Below are positions 32,774 to 41,002 of a stretch of 64,000 nucleotides of DNA, in pieces; position 1 is the stretch's first letter; each line of letters begins with the position of its first letter. Both the position numbers and the translations under genes were made by a program. Under the pieces are notes generated by a model that made no database searches, had not been told where the DNA came from, and saw nothing but the letters and a program-made list of their open reading frames with translations. Origin of the DNA: Candidatus Thiodiazotropha sp. (GTDB lineage: Bacteria > Pseudomonadota > Gammaproteobacteria > Chromatiales > Chromatiaceae); contig JBNKLI010000067.1 of NCBI GenBank assembly GCA_050292275.1, positions 18,718 to 82,717 on the forward strand, in the 5' to 3' direction.

Positions 32774-32825
32774 TCCTGGGGAGTCGCTGTCTTCATTGTG
32801 ATAGTCAGTTGTTCTTCGTCGTTCA

Positions 32826-32851
32826 GTGTGGCCGCCTGAGAGCGGCCACAC
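32826..32851. terminator. GC-rich hairpin between convergent genes, probable terminator
   Basis: Perfect 10-bp stem GTGTGGCCGC-CTGAGA-GCGGCCACAC; no clear U-tract. Confidence 0.55.
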
Positions 32852-32876
32852 AACGAATTCTATGAGTCGGGGGCGG

Positions 32877-33743
32877 TCAGTGGTACAGCAGCTCCGCCCA
32901 TCGGTCCTGTTCGATCATGGTGCTCTTCTGGCCGTTCCAGCCATCTTCTGAGCCGAATGCCTCAGCCATCACCTTATCCAGTACCTCTGCGGCCTTCTCC
33001 TGGCCGGCTACATAGACATGGGTTTTGGGTTCCCGGATGAGGCGTACGCACTCATCGATATGTCCCTCCAGACTGTCCTTCAGTCCCTCTTCCGCGCCGC
33101 TGAGCGGACGTTCCGTCAGTGCGCTGAAGGCCTTGAAGGTCTGGTTATCGTAAAATTGGTTCAGGTCTTTCTGTTCGTCATTCATATAGAGCAGATTCAT
33201 ACCCCCCCGATCGCCGTAGAAGAGTCTGACATCACCCTGCCAGCCGGCATGCCGATCGTAGATCTGGCGCACGAATGCGCGAAACGGGGCGACGCCCGTA
33301 CCGGTACCGATCATCAACAGGTTGCACGAGGTGTCTGCGGGTATCCTGAAGGGGCTCCTGTAGGGACCGGTGATCTCGATTTTGTCTCCCATCCTGGCGT
33401 CACAGAGGTAGTTTGATGCAATGCCCGGGTAGCGTTCCCCGGAGATCTCGTCCAGATAGAAGCATCGTCTGACCAGCAGTTCCAGCTCGATGCTGGGGTC
33501 GTTGCCTGTCTGTACAGGATTGGCAATGGAGTAGCGGCGGTGGTGGAACTCACTGCCGAAAGGGTGGGGCCCCGGTACCAGCACACCGATGGATTGACCT
33601 GCCGCGTAGCGGAAGGCGGGTTCATCGATCTGCAGGATGATTTGGCGTACCTCGTCTGTCGATTCCGGTGTGATCCGGGTGGTCGATTTGACCGTGGCGA
33701 CACAACTGCTCTCGAGATGGATTTCGTCAGCGCTGTCAGACAT
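32877..33743 (-). CDS. Ferredoxin--NADP+ reductase-like FAD/NAD(P)-binding oxidoreductase
   Basis: AGQSIGV, RRYSIA, GIASNYLCD, GP and GTGTGVAPFR motifs. Confidence 0.88.
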   Translation of the reverse strand: MSDSADEIHLESSCVATVKSTTRITPESTDEVRQIILQIDEPAFRYAAGQSIGVLVPGPHPFGSEFHHRRYSIANPVQTGNDPSIELELLVRRCFYLDEISGERYPGIASNYLCDARMGDKIEITGPYRSPFRIPADTSCNLLMIGTGTGVAPFRAFVRQIYDRHAGWQGDVRLFYGDRGGMNLLYMNDEQKDLNQFYDNQTFKAFSALTERPLSGAEEGLKDSLEGHIDECVRLIREPKTHVYVAGQEKAAEVLDKVMAEAFGSEDGWNGQKSTMIEQDRWAELLYH

Positions 33744-33959
33744 GGTAGTTTCCCTTAGAATTTTTTATATTTTACAATTAATTATAATATTTATTCTGTG
33801 CGGCAAAATGCATTATAGAAGCTATGCCGGGATTGCGAAACCCATACCACCGCGATTCGAATCATCGGTCTGGACAGCCTGGCCAGGCGTTGCCAAGGCG
33901 CGGGGGGGCGATTGAAATGAAAAGTGACACCTCCCGGCCGGATCGGCGAAAATGATCTG

Positions 33960-34919
33960 ATGTCTGAAGATAACCAGAATCTCGTCGTTGCCGTCACGGT
34001 CACCTACAATGTGGGGCCTGGCTTCGAGGCGGCCCTGCACAGCTATCTGGATCAGGTCGCGAGAGTCGTCATCGTCGACAACAGCAGCGACCCGCAGTGC
34101 CGGAGCTGGCTGGCGGCGATGGCAGGCTCCCTGTCTGAGCGGGTGAGCCTGATTCAGAATGGCCGCAATCTGGGCCTCGGCAAGGCGCAGAACATCGGTA
34201 TCCGTGCTGCATTGGATGAGGGTGCCCGCTGGTTGTTGATGATGGATGACGACAGTCGTGCCGCACCCGATATGGTGTCGACACTTCTGCGGGAGGCGCA
34301 GCGGCAGGATCCGGAGGTGGCAATTGTGGCGCCCCGCTATGCTGAGCAGGGGGTAAGCCGTGACGCGCGCTATGTGGTCGCGCCGAAGGGAGGCTACCAC
34401 AGCCCCCGTTTCGAAATACAGGACTTCTCAAGCCACACGACCCTGCAATATCTCTTTATCGCGATCAGTTCCGGGAGTCTGATCCGGGCTTCGCTGTTTC
34501 GCGAGATCGGGCTCATCCGTGAATCATTCTACATCGATTACCTGGATGTGGATTTCTGTCTGCGCGCGCTGCGTGGGGGCTACCGGATCATCGCCGTAGG
34601 GGATGCGGTGCTCTATCATAAGCTGGGTGCCCAGTCGGAGCATCTGCTCTTGGGCAGGCGCTTCTGGGCGTGGAACCATCCGGTGTCACGCCGCTATACC
34701 ATCTATCGCAACCGCACCCGGATCTGGCGAGAAAATCTGTTCAGCTATCCCGGCTTTGTCTGCTACGACATATTGGCGAGCCTGCATGACCTGTTTCGTA
34801 TCCTCATGTTCGAAGAGTCGAAGGCGAGCAAGTTCCGGGCTGCACTGAAGGGGATGGGGGTGGGACTTTTCGGTGGCGGACTTTACGGTTACCCCGTATA
34901 TGGGGGTGATGACCGATGA
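33960..34919 (+). CDS. GT2 glycosyltransferase, RfbF/rhamnosyltransferase-like
   Basis: VIVDNSS, NLGLGKAQNIG, MDDDS, ISSGSLI, FYIDYLDVDFCLRA, HKLG and NH...RRY.IYRN motifs. Confidence 0.9.
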   Translation: MSEDNQNLVVAVTVTYNVGPGFEAALHSYLDQVARVVIVDNSSDPQCRSWLAAMAGSLSERVSLIQNGRNLGLGKAQNIGIRAALDEGARWLLMMDDDSRAAPDMVSTLLREAQRQDPEVAIVAPRYAEQGVSRDARYVVAPKGGYHSPRFEIQDFSSHTTLQYLFIAISSGSLIRASLFREIGLIRESFYIDYLDVDFCLRALRGGYRIIAVGDAVLYHKLGAQSEHLLLGRRFWAWNHPVSRRYTIYRNRTRIWRENLFSYPGFVCYDILASLHDLFRILMFEESKASKFRAALKGMGVGLFGGGLYGYPVYGGDDR

Positions 34920-34923
34920 AAGG

Positions 34924-35634
34924 TTATATGTTGTGACATGTCAGGCAAAGTGCGCTGCCGCTCTGGTTGACTCGTAATAATGGTGGCGCAGCGACGAACG
35001 TATTGTGAACATCGTGACATGAATTGCACTGCACTTTTCCTTTAGTAAGCATGAGTGATCCGAGGGTTCCGCTTCTTGTTGGAAGGAGCGTGCCCGTGCC
35101 ATCGTCATAACCACCGACAGTGACAGGGTTTGAAGGATCATTGAGCATGGGGTCGGCGGCGCTGTCGTAAGTGATGGAGATTGGGTGTTTACCCCTGAGG
35201 TCCGTCCCCAGGTAGTAGGTTTCCTGATTGGATATGGGGCCGGCATTGTTAAGGCCGCCGCCATAGTCATCGACCGCAACCGTTCCGTCGTGGCACGACA
35301 GGCACAGTTTACTTGGACCGGTTGGCGTGGGGTCTTCAGCGGCCTGAAGGGTTCCGTTAGTGCCGTACATCGTAAAGGTCGCCGTTGTTACCTTGTGGTT
35401 CCACAATGGCGCTTCGTCCACCGCTGCACCGCCAGGTTCATTTCCGTTTGCATCATGTGGCGTATGGCAGACGATACAGATCTCGGCTTCACTCCCAAGA
35501 CCAAGATAGCCTCTCAGGTCATGTTTTGAGCCAACGATGGAGGCGGATGCGGAGACAGCAGTCAAACTGCATATCGCGCCGATGATCCCTGTGGCTTTCA
35601 TTCTATTCGGTCGTTTTACGGTACTTCCCATCAT
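34924..35634 (-). CDS. Secreted tetraheme c-type cytochrome, OmcE-like
   Basis: Signal peptide ending ASA; four CxxCH (CIVCH, CLSCH, CNSCH, CLTCH) plus four extra His (KHDL, TPH, KHP, DVH); start could be 35601. Confidence 0.9.
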   Translation of the reverse strand: MMGSTVKRPNRMKATGIIGAICSLTAVSASASIVGSKHDLRGYLGLGSEAEICIVCHTPHDANGNEPGGAAVDEAPLWNHKVTTATFTMYGTNGTLQAAEDPTPTGPSKLCLSCHDGTVAVDDYGGGLNNAGPISNQETYYLGTDLRGKHPISITYDSAADPMLNDPSNPVTVGGYDDGTGTLLPTRSGTLGSLMLTKGKVQCNSCHDVHNTFVAAPPLLRVNQSGSALCLTCHNI

Positions 35635-36351
35635 GCATCCATCAGAGGTAACAAAAGTGACTATCCATTGAGCCGTTGGGTCAAGCCAAAAAATGGCTTA
35701 AGGAATGTTTACCTGAGATCGACGATCCATAATGCAGACGCTGACTCAAGACTTGATAAAACCATCCATCAAATATCCTTTGGAAACCGAGAGACTCGTT
35801 TGATCAATATGTCCTGTGTCGTATGGAACAGCGCATACTGATCACTAACACTGTTATAGATAATAATAACAAAGATATAGCGAGTTCTAAACTCAAAAGT
35901 GCGTGTAGAATAGGTAACGGTCGTCTGCTCGAAATGCAAAATAATTTTATGATTTTACTGGTTATTCTCTTCAATCAGCCCCATCGTTTTTGCATGTTAC
36001 CATACGGTTACAAATGGGTTGTTTTGGGCAAAACATACAAAACCAGCCATTGTTCACGGTGCCAAAATGTTATGTGGTCTTTGCGTCGGACACCAGTTAG
36101 CCGATGGTTTTACAATTCTCCGCATGAATAGTTTTGAGTTTGTTTTTTGTTTAGAGTTGGCCCAGTCGCAACCATGTTTCTGTGCTCGTGTTGCGCCATC
36201 TGCCTCAACAGAAATCGGGCACCCATAACTCAAGTTTTATTCCGTGTCTGACATCGTTTCCGTCTAGACACCCTCACCGGTCACGAACACAGGGATTCAG
36301 GATTGCTAATAGGTGGAATAGGTGCCTGGGAATTTGCAACTGGCTGTCTAT

Positions 36352-37641
36352 TCAAAAGGCTTGCATCTCATCATATGGTTGCAAGCGATAGAAACCATCC
36401 TCCAATCCCGGAAGCACCAGCTCTTTCTGGTGGTACCTCAGGATCAGGCGCATTATCGGTTTGAACGGACCGACCGGGCCGGGAGCGCCTGTCAACTGGT
36501 AGCGACCGGGTTTGAGGTTTCGCGTTCGCACCCTTGTCCCGCGCTCGGTTTGGGCGATCTCCATGTGGTCGAAAGGGGCAACCAGCGGGTCGCCGATGAA
36601 AATACCTTCACCTGGTTGTTGAACGCTTTTCCAATAGGCCTCGATCAGCGTGCTGCCGGCGCCATAGTGCTCCATCACCAGGGCGGGACTGGGGAACTTG
36701 GCTATATGATTACAGGGTTCGGCGACGGTGCCGTAACTGCCGCTGGCGCCTGCCTCAAGCCACTCCAGGGCGTTCATTTGCCTACTGCCCGATAGCTGCC
36801 CACCGGTCGAAGTGAGATGATCCGCGATCGAACCGGGTCGAAAGCGTAAAGTCTCCAGGCCATTCACCTTGGACATGCCGGTGAAGTAGAAGAGTACATC
36901 GTTGCGATTGCGCAGGCTGTCCTGATGGACGATCTCGGTATCTATCCAACCCTGCATCAGGGTGCTGATGCGTGTATAGCCGAAAGCGCGCACATTTCTG
37001 CGTTTATCACTCGTGCTCAATAGATAGGCGGTCCCTTCGGGGAGGCTGCCGTCGGCGTTCAGGCCTCTGTCGATCAATGCCTTGGCGGCGTCAAAATCCT
37101 TTGCGGCGATAGTGATAGTGGGGCGCAAAGAGAGATCGCCAAGGGGATCTGCACCCTGATAGTTGAAGTAGGGGCTCGTTCGGGTGGGCGCGCAGAGTCG
37201 ATCCGAGCACCATGCATTATCAAAACCGAAGGTGACTGCCGAGGTTATGGACATACAGCCGACCCGATAGGGTGTCAGCCAGGTCAGGGCGTAGGCCTGG
37301 ATATGCTTTGGGGTCTTTTTCAGCAAGGCATCCCTGAGTCTTGTGAATGTGGCTGGCGAAAGCGATCCATTGCGGCCATCGAATGCGAGATGCAGCAGAT
37401 TCTCTGCCGGGAGCCCCCGTGCCTGCAGGTAGTATTCACCGATCCTGACACTGAGCCGGTCCCGGTCGTTGACCACGATGGCCAGTTCCTGCGGCTGCAA
37501 CCGATACTTGGGCAGTGAGAGGTTGACCTCGCCCGCTACCGGGGATGGAGCGAGCAGCAATGTGCCCAACAGTGTCACCAGGTGCGGAGACATCCAGCGA
37601 AAAAGGCTGAGTGAAAAACGCTTGGTCAGGGGAAAATCCAT
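36352..37641 (-). CDS. TIGR03790 family protein
   Basis: VVND.D..S..IGEYY..ARG.P..N, PYRVGCMSITSA, PGSIADHLTS.GG, AGASGSYGTV.EPC and GDPL..PF motifs. Confidence 0.87.
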   Translation of the reverse strand: MDFPLTKRFSLSLFRWMSPHLVTLLGTLLLAPSPVAGEVNLSLPKYRLQPQELAIVVNDRDRLSVRIGEYYLQARGLPAENLLHLAFDGRNGSLSPATFTRLRDALLKKTPKHIQAYALTWLTPYRVGCMSITSAVTFGFDNAWCSDRLCAPTRTSPYFNYQGADPLGDLSLRPTITIAAKDFDAAKALIDRGLNADGSLPEGTAYLLSTSDKRRNVRAFGYTRISTLMQGWIDTEIVHQDSLRNRNDVLFYFTGMSKVNGLETLRFRPGSIADHLTSTGGQLSGSRQMNALEWLEAGASGSYGTVAEPCNHIAKFPSPALVMEHYGAGSTLIEAYWKSVQQPGEGIFIGDPLVAPFDHMEIAQTERGTRVRTRNLKPGRYQLTGAPGPVGPFKPIMRLILRYHQKELVLPGLEDGFYRLQPYDEMQAF

Positions 37642-37643
37642 TG

Positions 37644-39821
37644 TCAGCGAGGCAGGGGAACAAGCGCGCCGGGCTCTTTCATGATTACTGCCGATCCATC
37701 CTTGGTGAGGTCAAAACGAAGGGGGGACCGGGTGATCGGCCACTCCCCCTTGAGATCGATCTGGGCCTGGTCTCCGTTGAAAACGAGATAGCTGTATTTA
37801 CCGTAGTGAGGGAGTTTTCTCGCCAGTCGCATCACTGCCTCCTCGGAACAGCCGACTACCCACGCCATGGCCTGGCCGCTTGCCGGGCTGCGTTGGCTAA
37901 TGACGAAACTGTGGTTCTTGTACGGATAGCTGGTGCCTGCAAGCGTCAGCTTGTCCGCATGCCGTGAAACGGGCAGCCCGGCGAGCCGGGTCAACATTTC
38001 CTGGTGAAACAGATTCTCTCTGCCCAGCAGCCAAACCGGGCGATCCCGGGGTAGCCGCTCGAGTTCGCTGTCGAGCCGGATCTCCGCCTCATCGTAGCCT
38101 TCCCGCCACTGCCGGGCCAAGGTCGCATAGGCCTGCAACTGCGACTTATCCGACTTCGACGGGAGAACGATCAACGCCCGCTCGCTGCCGAACAGGCGAC
38201 TCAGGGTCGCTGGGGTTTCTGCAGGGTCGAGCAGCCTGAACATATCGAACCAGGGATCGATCTGGAACAGGCGGGGTTCGGCGGGCAGTTCGAGCGCGAA
38301 CGGGGTCTCCCTTTCATTGCTGATGAGCACCTTTTGTATGACTTGCCCGTTACTCAGCTGGGCGTAGAGCGGGACCTCCAGGGAGAAGGGGGCGGAGGAT
38401 TGGTGTTGCCTGAGCGTACCCCGGATCAGGTAGCCCTGCTTACTCTGTTCCACGCCAAGCCCGTCGACCGCCAGTCCCGGGGCGCCGCTTCGTTCGGTCC
38501 ATTGGCGGAAGAATGCTTCGAGGGAGTGCCCGCCGGACTTCTCGAAGGCCCGTTGCAGATCGCCATACCCGGCTGTTTTGAAGCGGTTCTCCCGGAAGAA
38601 AATACGCAGGCCCTCGATGAAGGCCTGGTCACCGAGGTGGCGGCGCAGCATGTGAAACAACATCAGGCCCTTGTCATAACCCACGGCCTGGCTCGCTGTC
38701 GAGTGACGGGCCCTGAAGCGGGTCAGCGGAAAGTCGTTTTCGGAACGCACGAAATCAGCATAGCGTTTCAGTGCCGTGCGCCGGTGATTGGCTCCCTGGC
38801 CGCGCTGTTCGGCCAGCAGATGGTCCGCCAGGTAACTGGTCAAACCCTCCGACCAGTTGCCGGACTGGTAGTCGATATAAACACTGTTTCCCCACCAGTT
38901 GTGAAGAATCTCATGAGGATAGGATGTATGCAGGATGAATGGCAGGCGTAGTACACGTGGTCCGAGAAGGGTGAACGAAGGCATCCCGTATCCGCTCTCC
39001 CAGAAGTTTTCCACCAGGGCGAACTTGGCGTAGGGGTAGGCACCGATCAGTGTCTGGTAGAGCTTCAGATAGTGCTCGGTCGCCTGCAGGTAACGTTCGG
39101 CGAGCGCGGCATCTGTCTGGCGCAGAAACACCTGTGCCTCGACGCCATCCGAAGACTTGCGATAGAGGTGGTAGGGGGCCGCAATCAGGTAGATATCGTC
39201 CTGGGGCGAGGTCTCACGCCAACGGACCAGGCTCCTGTTTGCGCCTTCGCTGATTTCCGGGCCTTCACCCTGACTCACAGCCAACCAGGCCTGCGGCAGC
39301 TCCACTTGCAGATCGAAGCTGCGCAGCGTATCGGCGAAGTAGGGATACCAGCCGCTCGAGGCATCCAGATAGACGCCCTGTGGTGAAATGGTGCCGGTGA
39401 GGCGCTCGCTGACGCGCCCCGGGCTCTCGTTCTGCCTGGTCAGCTCATGTATGATCTTCCCGCCGTACTCCAGGGTGAATTTGTCTTGATCTTCAGGCAT
39501 GCTGATCTGGTATTCGATCAACGGGCCACTGTCGCCGAGCGGTCCGATCTCATCGAGGGTGACGCCCGCCGTCAGGCTGCGTGGATTGAGGCCGTGATGG
39601 AGCGCGAATCGTTGCCGCTTTGGATTTCCATTCACGGATGGCGATCTATCCCGCGCCTTCGCCAGGGTGATAGTATCTGTTGCCCGCAGCTGCTGGCTGT
39701 CCGGATCGAGACTGACCTGCAATGCATGGTGGACAGTCGCGGCGCCGAAAAGCGGTTTGCAAAACAGTGCCAGCCACAGCGGGATGTAACAGATCGGTGT
39801 TTTTCTGGTCATATGGCGCAT
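37644..39821 (-). CDS. Exported M1 family (gluzincin) aminopeptidase
   Basis: VENFWESGYGMPSFTL, HEILHNWWGN (HExxH), NWSEGLTSY (third ligand) and VGYDKG; signal peptide. Confidence 0.9.
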   Translation of the reverse strand: MRHMTRKTPICYIPLWLALFCKPLFGAATVHHALQVSLDPDSQQLRATDTITLAKARDRSPSVNGNPKRQRFALHHGLNPRSLTAGVTLDEIGPLGDSGPLIEYQISMPEDQDKFTLEYGGKIIHELTRQNESPGRVSERLTGTISPQGVYLDASSGWYPYFADTLRSFDLQVELPQAWLAVSQGEGPEISEGANRSLVRWRETSPQDDIYLIAAPYHLYRKSSDGVEAQVFLRQTDAALAERYLQATEHYLKLYQTLIGAYPYAKFALVENFWESGYGMPSFTLLGPRVLRLPFILHTSYPHEILHNWWGNSVYIDYQSGNWSEGLTSYLADHLLAEQRGQGANHRRTALKRYADFVRSENDFPLTRFRARHSTASQAVGYDKGLMLFHMLRRHLGDQAFIEGLRIFFRENRFKTAGYGDLQRAFEKSGGHSLEAFFRQWTERSGAPGLAVDGLGVEQSKQGYLIRGTLRQHQSSAPFSLEVPLYAQLSNGQVIQKVLISNERETPFALELPAEPRLFQIDPWFDMFRLLDPAETPATLSRLFGSERALIVLPSKSDKSQLQAYATLARQWREGYDEAEIRLDSELERLPRDRPVWLLGRENLFHQEMLTRLAGLPVSRHADKLTLAGTSYPYKNHSFVISQRSPASGQAMAWVVGCSEEAVMRLARKLPHYGKYSYLVFNGDQAQIDLKGEWPITRSPLRFDLTKDGSAVIMKEPGALVPLPR

Positions 39822-39849
39822 AGTGAGTCAATTGTAATGGGAGAAGCTG

Positions 39850-40971
39850 GTGCTCTATTCTCGTTTGCTGTTTGTTATCCTGGCCTGCACGATGGCGGCT
39901 GTCCATGCCGATGAAGACGCACCGGGTCCGGATCCGGTGATCGATCTCTCCGCGATGATCGATGTCTCGACCCTGATAGAGAAGGTCTCGGACCGACAGG
40001 TAGTGTTCGTCGGCGAAAGCCATGATCAGTATCAACACCACCTCAATCAGCTGGCGGTCATCAAGGGCCTGCATGCAAAGCACTCAGACCTGGCAATCGG
40101 GCTGGAGTTCTTTTTTCAGCCCTACCAGGCGGTGCTCGATCGCTATATCGCCGGGGAGATCGAAGAGGCCGATCTGCTTCGCGAGACGGAGTACTTCAAT
40201 CGCTGGCGGTTCGATTATCGGCTCTACCGGCCCATTTTCCAATACGCCAGGGAACATGGCATTGCGTTGATCGCACTCAACCTGGAGAGTGAAATCACCA
40301 GACAGGTGGGAAAGGAAGGTATCGAGAGTCTGTCCGAGGAGTTGAAGCAAAGGCTTCCCGAGGAGATCGACCGGGATAACGAGGAGTATCGCAAGCGGTT
40401 GCAGTCTGTCTTCGATTCCCACCCCCATAAGGAGGGCAGGAGTTTCGAAAACTTCCTCGATGTGCAGCTGCTCTGGGACGAGGGTATGGCGCAGCGTGCG
40501 GCGCAGTGGCTGCAAGCGCATCCCGATTCCCACCTGGTCATCCTCGCAGGGGTCGGCCACGTGATCTACGGTGACGGCATACCCAAGCGTCTGTCGCGCA
40601 GGTTCGACGCTACTCAGGCAATAATCCTCAATGTCGATGCCGTGGCGGGATTGAGTCAGGCGATGGCCGATTATCTGATCGTCGCGGAGCAAAATCAGCT
40701 GCCGCCTTCGGGGAAACTCGGCGTGCTGCTCGATACCGACAATACCCCGCTTAGCATCAGCGGTTTCGTTGAGGGCAGCGGCGCCGAGGAGGCGGGTGTG
40801 GAGAAGTGGGATCGCCTGCTCTCCATCGACGGCCAGCCGATCAGTAGTTACGCCGATGTGCGCATCGCCCTGATAGACAAGGGGGTTGGCGACCAGGTGG
40901 AATTGAAAGTGGAGAGAGATCGTGTGCTGCTTGGTACGATAGAAGAGACCCTGCAGGTTACCCTGCATTAG
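39850..40971 (+). CDS. ChaN family (haem-binding uptake) protein with C-terminal PDZ domain
   Basis: VVFVGESHD...HH..Q, IGLEFF..PYQ..LD, YRPIF.YA....I..IALN, QLLWDEGMA and GVGHV.YG.GIP.R; PDZ: GAEEAGV...D.LLSIDG. Confidence 0.9.
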   Translation: MLYSRLLFVILACTMAAVHADEDAPGPDPVIDLSAMIDVSTLIEKVSDRQVVFVGESHDQYQHHLNQLAVIKGLHAKHSDLAIGLEFFFQPYQAVLDRYIAGEIEEADLLRETEYFNRWRFDYRLYRPIFQYAREHGIALIALNLESEITRQVGKEGIESLSEELKQRLPEEIDRDNEEYRKRLQSVFDSHPHKEGRSFENFLDVQLLWDEGMAQRAAQWLQAHPDSHLVILAGVGHVIYGDGIPKRLSRRFDATQAIILNVDAVAGLSQAMADYLIVAEQNQLPPSGKLGVLLDTDNTPLSISGFVEGSGAEEAGVEKWDRLLSIDGQPISSYADVRIALIDKGVGDQVELKVERDRVLLGTIEETLQVTLH

Positions 40972-41002
40972 CGATACTCAACCTGGTAGACACCCCCGAA
41001 GC

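Noticed and set aside
36074-36117. Partial c-di-GMP-I riboswitch-like words on the minus strand (AAAACCATC...GACGCAAAG) upstream of the cytochrome
   Set aside because: No GNRA loop, and the second hairpin/receptor is missing; needs an Infernal scan but is not supportable by eye
35823-36131. 102-aa ORF in the AT-rich intergenic region
   Set aside because: No RBS or motifs and atypical composition; probably spurious
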